This document shows, piece by piece, positions 1 through 13,407 of a stretch of DNA of 64,000 bases. The stretch is from the NCBI RefSeq assembly GCF_000143415.4, contig NW_003314319.1, positions 772,365-836,364 of the forward strand. The letters run 5' to 3'. The position numbers and the translations under genes are program-made. The notes below the pieces were generated by a model that saw only the letters and a program-made list of their open reading frames with translations, made no database searches and was not told the DNA's origin. Source of the DNA: Selaginella moellendorffii (Eukaryota > Plantae > Lycopodiophyta). Within the stretch, counting starts at the first letter, position 1, and the number at the start of each line of letters is the position of its first letter.

Positions 1-1010
1 GAACGTCAAAAGGATAACGTTTTGGAGAGGACCAACGCTCTTTTTCACGGCCGCCATGATGGTCTATTGTAAAGTGTTAACAATGCACAAATCAGAAATT
101 TACAAACCATACTATGACATCGGCAAAAAATGTGACTTGATTCAACGCTAGCAGGACCCGAAACACGCGGAACACGGCTATCCACGAAAAAATCATGTGC
201 AGTTATGCACCTCCCAAAGAGCTGGTGAAACACTTACGACCATCAAATACAAAACCTGAACATTACCAGGAATCGAAAACAATGACAAAGTCGAGCCTAT
301 TGTATGGATTCCGCATGTAGCAGTGACGACCTCTGATAAAACCAAGAGCCAAAATTTGTAACACCATTTCAATCCTACAAACACAAGTGTGAGGGGAAAC
401 CTCGAAGAGGGAAACAACGATTACGTATAAAGCGCTGTGATGAGCCCATCCAGGAAATCGATGTTGAAACTCCACACATGTGTCCATTGTTCATGCCTAG
501 ACCCCGCCATTGCTTGAAAGACAAGCATTACCATATGGGAGCATATGAGAAACACAAGAATATACTCGGCTCTCCTGCCATCATAGCAGGAAGGATGGTA
601 AACTTCTATCCACATACTGATTGTAGAGAAGCCTGAAATGTATAAGCATGACGGACTGTAGAGGCTCCAAATTCCAAGCTCCAGTCCCAACAGCACTCTG
701 CCTTGCCTTTCTTCTTATATTCTAGAAACAGAACATAAGAACTCTCCAAAGTCAAAGGAAGTAAAGTTACCATTGCAGTGTAAGACCTCTTCCAGTTCTT
801 GGTTGCCATGGAATCGGGAATAGCTTGGGCCAGTTGATCCAGTGCGGCAATCAATGTGGCAGACAAAGACGATGACGCTGCTCGGTCACAATCCGGCGCT
901 GCTTTGCTCAAGCAGTGAATCGGAGGCAGCCATGTTGGATGCCGAGCTATGAAATCATGATCTTCTTGCGGGACTGGATCAGTGGAAGAAGTATTTCCAG
1001 GCGATCAATC
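1..1010 (-). pseudogene. 5' (domain I) fragment of four-domain voltage-gated cation channel-like gene, copy A; continues off the left edge
   Basis: Near-identical to 49310-50170 and 57430-58350; peptides such as MVLQILALGFIRGRHCYMRNPYNRLDFVIV are typical S2-S3 channel segments; broken frames. Confidence 0.75.
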
Positions 1011-1220
1011 AATCACTAGCTAAGCTACATCATAGTTGCAGCTAGACGTGCAAACGTTACAACGTGTTGACGTTTAAATGCCGTTTAAAACGTTTTTTTC
1101 AGGACAATCCAACGTTTACATATTAAAGCCTAAAATGATTAAGAAAACATTAATATGATATTAAGTTTATAAAACCTAACCGAATAACATACTAAAACAA
1201 ATGAAAGAAGAAGCCGTTTT

Positions 1221-2590
1221 AGTCGTCTTCCGATTCCAAATCATCTTCCATTCCTTCATCGATGCTAAACTCCTCAGCAGCCTGATTTGGTTCCTCAAAA
1301 ACTTATTGCAGATCCAAAATCCTCTTCCAATGAGGCTCCAACTCCAGCTTGTCTATATCAATCTCTAGCATCCTCAAACCTTCACTCTCCAGCTTCTGAG
1401 CAACCCGCAAGTTTGTGTGAATGTAAACCAGCTTCTCAGCATTTGTGGGAAGCAAGCGGGACCTGTGCTTTGTTTGTATCAAGCTCCATGAGCTCAATTC
1501 CTCTCGCATGGAGAAGTGCAAACAACCTAGCTTAAAATCCAGAGAGCCATGCGACGTAGATCAGGCATCTCTAAACCAAAAGAACTCCACTAGGTTACTA
1601 GAAACTTTCTAGTCTCCCGATCTTTGGCAACAGGTAACTTTATTTGCCGTCCAAGCTATTGCTGAAACCTCTCAAACTGTGCCTGCAATCTCAGCTGCAA
1701 GTCCAGATCACCTCCACTATAAATATGCATGTACTCCAGCCAGTTCCCGCGTGCCTCATTGTCCAGCTTGTCGTTCTCTGGGTTATCCCCCAGAAACAGA
1801 GGATGAAGAGCAAAAGCAGCTCCATGAATGACGTTGTGCATTTGATACCACCTTGCCTCCTTCAGACCATGTGATTCAAGTAGGAAATCCTTGATTTGTC
1901 CCACTTCCTCATGTGCATAAATTCTGTTTCGAGCTCCCTATCTTCTCGATCAGCCGATCAACAACTTTAAAGATGAGGCTTGAAGTCACCTCCTCCCGAT
2001 CAGCGAGCCGAAGAACTCGAAGTAAAGGTCCGAGCAAAATTAACAAATTTTTGCACCGCTCCCAGAACGAGTCATCGAGAACACGAGATTGCAGCTCCAG
2101 GCCCTCCGGCTTCTTAGACCAGTCAAGTCGCTCCCATTCTTGGCTCACCACCATTCTTCGAAGCCCAGAGAGATTCGTGGTCTCCAGAAGCTGAGACATC
2201 ACAAGAAAAATATAAGCAAACCTCGTGGTCATAGGCTTTATCAGGTCCCGTTTGCAGAAAGTTCTATAAAGAGTTAGAACCCGTGGCTTTGAGGTGATGA
2301 AGGTAACTGTCTTCGCACAGCCATTGACGAAAGGCTGCACCCAAGACAGAGCTCCAATATCTTCGAATAGCAAGTCCATAACGTGGCAAACGCAGCGAAT
2401 GTGTACAATCTGTGGAAACTCCTGCTGCAAAAGCTTCCCCATGACCACGCAGTTGCTTGCATTCTCCGTCACCACCTGCACAACGTTTTCCGCGCCAACC
2501 TTGGCAATCACTTGTTTCAGCTGCTCAAACAACCATGCTCCGGTTTTCTTCGCGTTCTTGCTGTCCACAGCCTTCAGGAAAATTGAGCCT
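1221..2590 (-). pseudogene. Inverted second copy of the 3' two-thirds of the same hAT transposase
   Basis: ORFs 1909-2568, 1656-1904 and 1303-1521 (-) are nearly identical to the + strand transposase. Confidence 0.85.
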
Positions 2591-2640
2591 CCAGTGCTGG
2601 GACAAGTAGAGCAGCGAAACGCAGATCCTCGGATGGAAAT

Positions 2641-4344
2641 TTGGTAACATTTTTTGATACTGCTTCAGCTGAGGCACTGGATGATGCTGTTGCAGAGTTC
2701 TTCTTTGCCGAGAACATCTCCTTCAACACAATCCAAAGAGACAACTTGAAGAGAATGCTGAAAGTTGCCGCAAAAGTAGGGTGTCCAGCGATTGACAACC
2801 TCATGGGATATGAGAAGTTGCGGACAACTGAGCTACAGCAAATCTACAACAACGTTCACAAGCGGCTTGAAGATGTGCGGCTAAGTTGGAGGACATATGG
2901 TTGTACCATTGTCATGGATGGCTAGTCTGATATCAAGAAGCGGTCTCTTATCAACTTCATGGTCAGTTCTGTGAGAGGCTCAATTTTCCTGAAGGCTGTG
3001 GACAGCAAGAACGCGAAGAAAACCAGAGCATGGTTGTTTGAGCAGCTGAAACAAGTGATTGCTGAGGTTGGCACGGAAAACGTTGTGCAGGTGGTGACAG
3101 ACAATGCAAGCAACTGCGTGGTCATGGGGGAGCTTTTGCAGCAGGAGTTTCCACAGATTGTACACGTTCACTGCGTTTGCCACGTTATGGACTTGTTGTT
3201 CAAAGATATTGGAGCTCTGTCTTGGGTGCAGCCTTTCGTCGATGGCTGTGCGAAGACAGTTACCTTCATCACCTCAAAACCACGGGTTCTAACTCTTTAT
3301 AGAACTTTCTACAAACGGGACCTGATAAAGCCTGTAACCACGAGGTTTGCTTATATTTTTCTCGTGATGTCTCAGCTTCTGGAGACCATGAATCTCTCTG
3401 GGCTTCGAAGAATGGTGGTGAGCCAAGAATGGGAGTGACTTGACTGGTCTAAGAAGCCGGAGGGCCTGGAGCTGCAATCTCATGTTCTGGATGACTCGTT
3501 CTGGGAGCGGTGTAAGAATTTGTTAATTTTGCTCGGACCTTTACTTCGAGTTCTTCAGCTCGCTGATCGGGAGGGGGCAACTTCAAGCCTCATCTTTGAA
3601 GCTGTTGATCGGCTGATCAAGAAGATGGATGAGGGAGCTCAAAACAGAATTTATGCACATGAGGAAGTGGGACAAATCAAGGATTTCCTACTTGAATCAC
3701 ATGGTCTGAAGGAGGCAAGGTGGTATCAAATGCACAATGTCATTCATGGAGCTGCTTTTGCTCTTCATCCTCTATTTCTGGGGGATAACCCAGAGAACAA
3801 CAAGCTGGACAATGAGGCACGCGGGAACTGGCTGGAGTACATACATGTTTATAGTGGAGGTGATCTGGACTTGCAGTTGAGATTGCAGGCACAGTTTGAG
3901 AGGTTTCAGCAACAGCTTGGACGGCAAATAAGGTTACCTGTTGCCAAGGATCGGGAGACTAGAAAGTTTCCAGTAACCTGGTGGAGTTCTTTTGGTTTAG
4001 AGTTGCTTGATCTACATTGCATGGATTTAAGCCAAGTTGTTTGCGCTTCTCCATGCAAGAGGAATTAGAGCTCATGGAGCTTGATACAAACAAAGCACAG
4101 GTCCCGCTTGCTTCCCACAAATGCTGAGAAGCTGGTTTACATTCACACAAACTTGCGGGTTGCTCAGAAGCTGGAGAGTGAAGGTTTGAGGATGCTAGAG
4201 ATTGATATAGACAAGCTGGAGTTGGAGCCTCATTGGAAGAGGATTTTGGATCTGCAAGAAGCTTTTGAGGAACCAAATCAGGCTGCTGAGGAGTTTAGCA
4301 TCGATGAAGGAATGGAAGATGATTTGGAATCGGAAGACGACTAA
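2641..4344 (+). pseudogene. hAT transposase (DUF659-type catalytic region plus C-terminal dimerisation region), 5'-truncated with in-frame stops
   Basis: GCTIVMDG*SD, VVQVVTDNASNC, CVCHVMDL, TRFAYIF, WWSSFG, RN*SSWSLIQTKHRSRL...KLVYIHTN. Confidence 0.85.
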
Positions 4345-4553
4345 AACGGCTTCTTCTTTCATTTGTTTTAGTATGTTATTCGGTTAGGTTTTATAAACTT
4401 AATATCAGATTAAAGTGTCTTTAGTAAATATTAATGTTTTCTTAATCATTTTAGGCTTTAACATGTAAATGTTGGATTGTCCTGAAAAAAACGTTTTAAA
4501 CAGCGTTTAAATGTCGACACGTTGGAACATTTGCATGTCTAGCTGCAACTATG

Positions 4554-6020
4554 GAAGAAAAATGCTTCGGAGGACGATCTCAAGGCCCAGCTCCTCAACA
4601 CTCTTGAATGGGGTGAAATGAAAGAGAGGGCCAGAGGAACCCTTGACGACATGAAGCACTTGGCATGCGATGTTGCTGGTGGTAACCGTGTCTTGCTGGT
4701 ACTGGATGATGTCTGGGACTGGAGCTGGGCAAAGGAACTGGATTTTATAGCACGGCCATCCTCTGTCCGGATCCTGGTGACAACCAGAAAGGAAGGCATT
4801 TTGCGCAGCCTGGATGCAAAGGCATTTCCTGTGCATCAGCTATCAATGGACGAAAGCAAAAAGATGTTTTGGAAGTTTGCCTTCGGTGTGCATGATCCAC
4901 AACCCAGTGACCCTGATGTTGTGGGATTTGCCGAGGAAATAGCTCAAAAATGTGAGGGACTTCCTCTAGCCCTGGAAGTGATTGGCAGTGCCATGGCTGT
5001 CCACAGAAGAGAAGGGCCACTTGTGTGGGAAGAACGATATAAGAGGTTGCACTTGTCCAATGACCCAGACGTTGAGAAGCAGATGTTCAAGCGCTTGAAG
5101 TTCAGCTATGACGAGCTGGGAAACTATGAGGGTGAAAAGCTGCAAGAGTGGTTTCTTTATGTGGCCGCATTCCCAGAAGACGAGGAGATTGAGTTCACTG
5201 ACTTGAGGAAATGTTGGATGGAGGTTGGCTCAGAACTCTCACCCACAGCGATTGTCAATGAACTGGAACGGAGATGCCTGGTCAAGATAAATAAGTCTTG
5301 GAATGACGATGATCGTATAATCGTACACGATATGCTACGCAAACTGTGCATAAGAATCTTAAAAGGGAAGTACGGTCCACAGCAAGAGCACGAGAAGGGA
5401 TGCCTGTTCGGATATGACTGGACAATTGGCATTCGGGATGCAACATTTGCTGAAGTCTCATTCATCTCAAAGAATGTTGGCAGCTTTCTATCCGATAATC
5501 ATGTGGGTGATGTCTTACTTCTGGAAAAATGTGAAGGACTTTCTAATGTGGATGACAGTTTTATCAATCACATACAAGGTGTCAAGGTATTGAGCTTGTG
5601 GCGATGCTCTAAGATGCGTTTTATTCCAGAGAGCATATCCAAGCTGAAAAACCTTCAAGTGCTTGACATTCAAGGAACAGAAGTGAGTGAATTACCAGAT
5701 GCACTTTTCAGCCTGACATCACTGAAATATCTAAAATGTACTACCCGGTGGATGCCGATGAAGTGTAACATTGCATTACTGCCCCAGCTCTCCAACTTGG
5801 AAGAGCTGGGGCTGAATGTTAGTTCAAAAGAGGACTCATCAGTTTTGGATTTGACTGGAATTTCACGTAAACTAAGACATTTAAATCTAGAAATGACACA
5901 GGGTACAATGAAGGTGCCAGAAAGCATGGGGACACTGGAGCATTGAAACATTGGTTTTATGGGCAGACAGCATCGACTTTGCCAGTGTCGTTGGACGATG
6001 GCAACTTATCAACCTAACAC
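4554..6020 (+). pseudogene. NB-ARC-LRR (NLR) copy 1, lacking N-terminus/P-loop and 3' LRRs
   Basis: LLVLDDVW (Walker B), ILVTTR, CEGLPLAL, FLYVAAFPED, VHDML, LRRs; begins exactly at the hAT end; stop at 5946 and homology ends ~6020. Confidence 0.9.
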
Positions 6021-6024
6021 ACCG

Positions 6025-6290
6025 CACAGGTTTATGAGGAGAATCAACACATTGTAGTTGCTACAGAAGCCCGGGATGCCTTTAAGTAGGGACCATTGCA
6101 TGGTCTTTCGAGATGTGAAGAATATTTATGATAGAACTATCGGCGATATTTGGAAGCTGCACGAGGATGATATTACTAGCGTGGATATGTAGACGGAGCA
6201 AAATCGTGAGAATGTGGTTTTTTATCAACGTCAGGTTGGAGAGGCAACTTTTATACTAATGATTCAGAGACCAACGCAACACAAAACGTT
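6025..6290 (+). pseudogene. Short MULE-type transposase fragment
   Basis: Translates WKLHEDDITSVDM*TEQNRENVVFYQRQ...FILMIQ, similar to YRLHENDA*SVCIW...VFVYQ...FTIGIQT of the MULE at ~59980. Confidence 0.5.
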
Positions 6291-7151
6291 GGGAACGAAA
6301 CAGGACAGCTTCATAATTCCCAGTGGCCTCTGAAGGGGAAGACCGTCATGGCTTGTGATTCCCAGTGTCTAAGGTAACATGCATCAGGAGATGGCTTCAA
6401 GATTCACAGCAAGGGTTTCATTGTTCTTTTGGGGAATTCCGTGGCAGATCTTGCAGCGAGCGAACATCCTTTCGGCTCTAGCACTGGATTCCCAGTGTCT
6501 AGGGTAACCTGCATCAGGAGATGGCTTTACGATTCACAGCAAGGGTTCAGTCTTTTCATCTTTTGCAGTACTGTGGCTTCAGATCAGTTTCTAGGGCAAC
6601 ATGCTTCAAGATCGCAAATTCAACAAAGGTTCTGTCTTTTTTCTCTTTGGACCAGCAACGGCATTTCTTTATCTACATCGCACATGTTGGGGGTGAGGAG
6701 CAAGTTTGTGAGGAATGAGAGCGATCATGCTGAGATCATTGATTGTTGACGTAAAGCAAAGTACAATGCTAGTTCAGCCATGCTGTACGTACATACCATG
6801 CTCCGACTGAATACTGATTGCCAAAACACCATGCAGAGATGCATTTCGAGAAGAAACCATAAGGGCTGTGGAATCATGTGTCAAAAATTACTACGGTCAA
6901 AAGATGCCAAACTGTGGAAAAATCTGTGCAAACTAAATCCTTTTGCACCCACAAACCCCAACCAGCAAAATCGAAGAACCAGATCAACCCTAGATACTGT
7001 ATCCCAAGATGAACCAGAGGAGTTTGGGATCACACCAAGGGTTTGTGAGAGTAGCTTATCAGGTACTTCTTGCACTTGTTTTCCTTTCCCTAGACTAGAG
7101 TTTTGGTGGTTAAAACAAGCTTTGTAATTCTAAATTGATGTAAGCATACAC

Positions 7152-7327
7152 TGTGAGTGTATGGAATATGGAAAAGGGAATATAGAAATGTGCATATCAA
7201 TTAGCCCAAAAACCCTAGTTTATATACAAGAGCGAGTGGTCTGGATTGAAATCAATCCGACAGCTACTAAAATCCCACTACGCTAATATTAGTATACGGC
7301 ATTGTAGCTGTACATTTGGCCCTCACA
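7152..7327 (-). repeat. 3' LTR of the Gypsy element (176 bp)
   Basis: Direct repeat of 27772-27937, TGTGAG...CTCACA. Confidence 0.9.
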
Positions 7328-7339
7328 TCATCCCCTCCT

Positions 7340-7936
7340 CTTGGAATAATGGAAGACCATCAGGGTTCTTTTGTAGACGGGCCGGGATCTGGAGGAACGT
7401 CAGAAAGAGGCATCGGTGGATCTATAGATGGTATTAACTACTCCTGATCCCTTTGTATGAGTTGCGGCAAGTTGGACTATAAGTTTATGAAGTTCGGCAT
7501 GACGTCTAGTAGACCGATCCTCTAGAGATTGTGCATGTGCAGCGGTTGAAACACTACCCGATACAATCCTTTCCACTGTGCAAGGAACCCCTTAGATAAA
7601 CCACATACCATAAGATAGGGAAAACGGACTAACACCAAATCATCTAGTTTGTACTCTGCAAGTGGACAATGATGGGAGTTGTACTGCCATTGTTGTCCCA
7701 CTTGTACACGGCCTAAGTTTTCTGCAGACTCCGCTTGGACAAGTGGAAGAATGCTCGTCAAATACTAATCCCATGACCTAGCATCTGCAGCTCGTGGCAA
7801 TCGCAAAGGTAAACCCAACTCTGTTGGTAATATTGGATCATGACTATATAGGAGTTTATATGGTGAAGCACCAATAGAACTCTGCACCCTAGTGACATAT
7901 GCATACCGAAGAGATGATAAATAACCATCCCAATCT
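7340..7936 (-). pseudogene. Gypsy integrase C-terminal part, split off by the nested insertion
   Basis: DWDGYLSSLRYAY continues the integrase core; GPY/F-like WKGLYRV in ORF 7522-7761. Confidence 0.75.
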
Positions 7937-9567
7937 AAGCTCTATTTCGTTAAAGTGGGATTTATTCAATAAAATGGGATTAGGTACAAATTTTCAAGTA
8001 TTTGAAAATGACGTGAAATTATATGTTTTTTGTCCAGGGGCTAGACATATCTGGGGCATGGTGACTAGCGCGGTGACTTTGTGTCCAGACTGAGTCCATC
8101 TGGTTGTATAATAAATCTCATTGTCAAGGTGAATAAGCCGAATCTGAAGCTAAAGAAGAGTGATGGCATGCGTGCACACACTATTTGTTTGTTCATTGAG
8201 CGTGTGGTGAGCTTTCCAAGATGAACATCATTCCTATTAGCCAGACATATAACTTAATGGTGAGAACATTTAGATATTATTCAATGTTATCTTTTTCTAA
8301 CGAATCTAATTGTGAAGGTGTAGCAAGAGGCATTGCTAGTCTGGAGAAGTCATTTAACTCATTTGACCCTTAGTGTATTTTCATGAAACTAAATAACATT
8401 CATATTATTAAGGAATTTCTCTAGTACCTTTTTTTTACGACATAGAGGCTTGCATTTCTTTCAAAGGTGATTTAGTAAAAGGCCTGAGGGCACATGCCAT
8501 TCTATTTCTCAGACCGGTATTAAGATATACTAGTGCAAAGGGAAAAAGGTATTTGGTGATCAAGTAAATGGCATGAGGGCACACGCCATTATAAGCCTAA
8601 GCACTAGTGGACACCTCCTTTTTGGTACTCTCAGCGGTACTATCATCCTTCTATGGGTTAGTTATTTTGCTTTGAATTGTTGTCTCTGACGTTACTGGGG
8701 CGTTCTTGATAGTTGTTAATGTTGTCGTTTGTTCAGAAAAATGATCACCTAGAGTATAGTACGGGGAGTTTGGAAGACTTATATATTCTACATCTTCACC
8801 TATCTCTTTCTCCGTCTCCTTTTCTACCTCACTTATAGATTTTGTGCTTGCCATGAGAACGCTCTTCACCCTAAAATATGGAGTTCGTTGTGTTATAAAA
8901 GGAAACCAACACACACGCTACAAGGGAATGATGGTACATAAAGCACGTAAGCCCACAATATGGGTTTATGTGCCATTAATATGGGCCACATGCCATATTA
9001 TTAGATTTATGCACGTGTGATTGGTAAATGCATATGTCACATCATCTTTGTTTTACCTCACACACTATATCAGGCCTAATGAACCATATCACATGTGCGC
9101 ACATGCTATATATATGGAGAAGTATTATGCAAGGATAGAAAAATTCAATGCATGATTGTGGAGAGCAATGGCATGAAGCCACATGCTAAATAACATTTTA
9201 GAGAAAGAATTAAAATAGAAACATGCAAACAGTATTGAGTGGACCAAGACTTAGAAGTGCACAATTGAATGAGGTATTTCTAATAAATATTTCACTCATC
9301 TCATATAAGAATGGCTACCACTCTCAAATGGCGTATCGCCTCATGCCATCACCTCGCAATTTGTTATAACAATCCGATGAATTCATATTCGGCTTGTTCA
9401 CCTTGAACTTTAAGTAAGATTTGCTAGAACAACTAAGAATTTATACTTGTTATTTGTATCATCTCACCTAGGAATGGCGTAAGGCCACATGCCATCACGC
9501 CTCCTCTGATTCAGATTCGGATTGTTCACCTTGAAATAAAATACATTAGAAACTTAGTAAAGGAATA

Positions 9568-12500
9568 TTAATGAATCTCACCTTGAACCCAGGTTATGAA
9601 TGCTCTTGCTGCATCTCTTGCATGGTCTGGCAAGGTGATGGTGGCACTCTGCTTCCGCATCCAACCATGCACAACATTATCCACCGATATGCTCATGCTG
9701 GGATCCCTTGGATTCAGCACCCATCTCTTTTCTAGGCAATCCTTCGTATATCCGAAACTTGGCTTGAACCACTCCACAGTTACATTGAAGGAGTTAGTTT
9801 CCGCGTCCTCCTCTGCATCAGTGATGCAGCACCCCACTCATATCATTTGTTTTTTATTACTGGGTCTGACAAGCACGACCATTCCTTTGCAGACCTGTAC
9901 TGGATTGAATGCTGAATCCGGCTTCTTGTTCCTCGGCCCACAATAGTGATCCTCAACATCGTTATCTGTCACTGCATTTCCAGAGGACATTGTTCCGCTA
10001 CTATCTGGTGCTCTGGGTTCTGGCCAAAAGGACTCTTCCAATTTTTCATATACAACCGGCCCATTTTGGATAGCAGATATAATCTTCTCCCAGTATTCAA
10101 GCAAAGGCTTGCACCTCTTAAAATAGGATTCTCCACCAAACACCAACCCCCTCTTCCAGAAGGCAATATGCTGTCTAATCCCGGCCACTATACTTTCCTG
10201 GTCTTTGAGTCCATCCGGGTGCATCGGCCGTGGGGAACCCTGAGGAATCATAGGTTCCCTAGTTATGGGATCTCTCTTGAAGAGTTCAATGCCGTCCACT
10301 GGCAGCCACACTGTGTCCCATTCTCTCATCTTGTACCTCATCATTGGAGCATCATCATGCATGCTGAAATGAAATTGAAGAGGCTTGGAGTGGCCAATCA
10401 GCATTTCGGATCCGTCCCTGATGTAACCTCTTACAAACCCCTTAAAGTCTGGAACCTCTGTCACAAGTGCAGTTTCAACAGTGCCTTTGATGCAATTTTG
10501 GAATTCATCATAGAGTTGTGGGAGGGTGAGGACATTGGATCGCCGGAGGGACTCTGCCAGGTGACTGAACATGGCATCGACGTCTTCATGAGTGTGCCCA
10601 ACCATGAGAAAGCCAAGTGTAACCGTTTCAAATATGCCTTTGGCAACAAGCATCGCCAAGTACGCGAAGACGTACATGTTTTTGTTCTCACTGCCAGCAT
10701 TGTCTGTTTGGAGCAGAAGATGGGGTGGAAGGCCACATCGGCCGCAAGAACTTCCTTGAGATTCTGCTTCATTTGGATAAGGCTGTGCATTCACCGGGCG
10801 ACCAGCCTCGTCAGAATGGCATGAGGCCTCACATGATAACCCTACAATCTGACGGCCAACATATTCACTGGGATGGCATGGGGCCCCACGCGATACTGCA
10901 AGCCTTTGCTCTTCCTCCAGCTAAACCCTGTATGGGGTTCGATCGACAAGGGCCTTATGCAAGGGTTAGCCGTTCATCTTAGTCTGCGCACTTTGCAGAG
11001 ACCTTAAGTGTTTTGCTAGGGACGCAATCATCATGTTTGCACCCCCGCCACCCCATAGAGGTACAAAGAAGTTCCCATAGTTCTAGGCACCATGCCCATG
11101 AGCGATTATGCCAAACACAGACACAGGCAGCTGCATGGATGAAGAGATTGCCTTGGGGGCAGGATTGAGTCGAGGTAAGCATGTCTTTTTCTGGTCCATT
11201 TTGTCGTGGATGATGCAGAGGTAAGAGTCAGGTCTCTCCATGGAGAGAATCCTGTTATGATAATATGCAATCCTGCAGCTTCTCTGCTCAATGTTGTGGT
11301 CGAGCCGCCTTCTAACCAACGTCTCTCGCTCTTGAGCGCTGCAAGAATTCTTTGACAAAGCCATTTTGATAGCAGTGCACTCGTCACACTTTGAAAAGCT
11401 GGAGTACTTTCCTATACTCACATCCCTGAACCTGTTGCTCCACAATCTACTAAGTTTAGATTGGCTCAGCTTCCTGTAGCCATTACTCTGGAGTTCCCGA
11501 TTCACATCTTCCAATATGGTCCCCTTGGTATACATGGAAGGGAGAACTCGTTGGGTGTCTCGTGTTCCATCTTCCAAGAGGCGGGTTTTATGTGGTTGCT
11601 ACTCGCTACATGTCTCGACAAACCTCTTGAAGATTGCCTCTCCATATACAACATGACCCCTGGTTTTGTGCGTACCGTCGTTCCCATGGATTGCCTGTTG
11701 AACCCTTTGTTCCTCGAACTCAGTTTTGATTCTGTAGAATGTGGTTCGAGGGACTCCATAAATGATTCTCCATGCCTTCATGCAGACCAAACCCCTCTGG
11801 AAGACTATGCCCCCCACCTGATGTTCTGAAGCATCAACAGATGACCGTAATGCCTCATACACAAAATTGCGAGCTGCCTTCTAGGACAATGTCTTGTATC
11901 TTGCTCTCTCCTCTTCAATAGCATCCCAATCAGCATGTTGACAGCACCTCCTCTTGCAACAAGCAACTGTCGAGACCATTCAAACCTCCATCGCCATTTT
12001 CTGCCTTTTCAGTTCATTGCTTAGATCCCTTTGGCTGCGCTTTAGGAAGGTGTACTTTCTTTTCCCATGAAGAGATGTTCTGTCATCAGTTGTAGTGGTG
12101 TTTGATTGTGAATCCTTCACATTCTCAAATACTAAGTGCCTCAATTTCCACCGCACAATGCTTTCAATAGTCAGACTGTTTTCTTCTGTGTTAACAACCT
12201 CTAAAATCGCAACTCCAATATCATCCCAGCCCAATTCTTGATTAGCAACCGCATCTCTTGGATCGACAACTGTGGCTAAGCCCTCAGCTACCACCTCCCC
12301 CTCGGGGTTGTTTAGAAACACCTTTGCCTGAATCCATGTAGCACGGTTCTTAAGATCCACAGAGGGAACATGCGTCGCACTTGCGCTGTCCCCAACATCT
12401 GCTTTCTTCTGAAGATTTTTCAAGGCAACAACAACATTTACCCCGACGACCATCTCTCCTCGTTCAATAGCAACCACATTCCCATCGAAGACAGTCTCTA

Positions 12501-12636
12501 CTGATACAGCAGCATTGCCTTCCCCAAGCCTTTGACAGTGTATAACAAAGTTCCGATCCATAGACACAAGGGTCCCTTTTGCAACTCTCTTCCCACCATT
12601 CAAAATGTAAACCTTTTCCCCAACCCTGAAGGCCAT
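9568..12636 (-). pseudogene. Sola-type DDD transposase, ~1020 codons in one frame broken only by nonsense codons
   Basis: ORFs 11980-12636, 11599-11862, 11083-11577, 9838-10794 and 9568-9837 share one frame; KCDEC, IIHDKMDQKK, LQTDNAGSENKN, FLMVGHTHEDVDAMFS. Confidence 0.8.
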
Positions 12637-13407
12637 TCTGAAAGTGCAGAAAAGAAGTTAAGACCATACAAAAAATGATTAGAGAATGGCCTAAATCATA
12701 ACATACCAAACAACCTCAATAGCATGAGGCCACATGCCATTATTCAAACATGCTATTGACACCCACGTGAAATTTTGCATTCACAAAATTGGCATGAGCC
12801 CTCATGCCATCTTGATATACACACAGCTGCAAGCAAGTAAAAACATACATAACAATACGCTAGCCATGAAATTGCAAGGGCCCAAGATGGCATGTGGCCT
12901 CATGCCATTTCTAAATGTGGTCCTAAGCCATTCCATGGTGAACATACCAGGAAGCACAAGTGCCGAATATCAAGAGGAAGCGGTAGCCATACCAAAGATA
13001 GTGCCGCTCGCAACACTACAACTACTCGTAGCGCCGCTCACAACACCGCAACTGCTTGTAGCGCCGCTCGCACAAACTGCCACTCGCATAAACTGCCGCT
13101 CGCAATGGCGCTCGCAATGCCGCAACCACTTGTAAACGCATAAACCACAGCTCACAACGCCGCTTACACAAGCAGCGCTCACTGCGCTCACTGCGCTCAG
13201 CGGAACCAAGAACACGGCGCACAAAAATGATAGACCTAGGAATGAGTTCGAGAATTCAAAAATAACACACGCTTGAACGTCATATCAAATCCTCTGACAA
13301 ACCAGATCTTATGATTCCTCTGACAAATTTCAAACTGAGTAGCTTCTAGACTTTGCTGTTGGAGGTTGAACTTTGTCACATCATGTCCTTGCCTCGATCC
13401 AGCTGTG

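Larger units (their letters stand above)
1031..4553. mobile_element. hAT DNA transposon derivative with foldback structure (both termini are the 3' end)
   Basis: Starts CATAGTTGCAGCTAGACGTGCAAA at 1031 and ends TTGCATGTCTAGCTGCAACTATG at 4553; 1031-2591 is the reverse complement of ~2975-4553; no 8-bp TSD (agctacat vs gaagaaaa). Confidence 0.85.

Noticed and set aside
6310-6600. Two ~60-bp direct repeats
   Set aside because: No termini, TSD or coding signal to assign a feature
8651-8914. Possible third small gene in the Sola-like element
   Set aside because: Short, low-complexity, no recognisable motif or confident exon chain
9946-10824. 292-aa + strand ORF
   Set aside because: Antisense shadow of the transposase frame
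12960-13224. Cys/Ala-rich ORFs (also 17251-17563)
   Set aside because: Produced by degenerate CGCTCGCA-type short repeats near the probable promoters; no coding support
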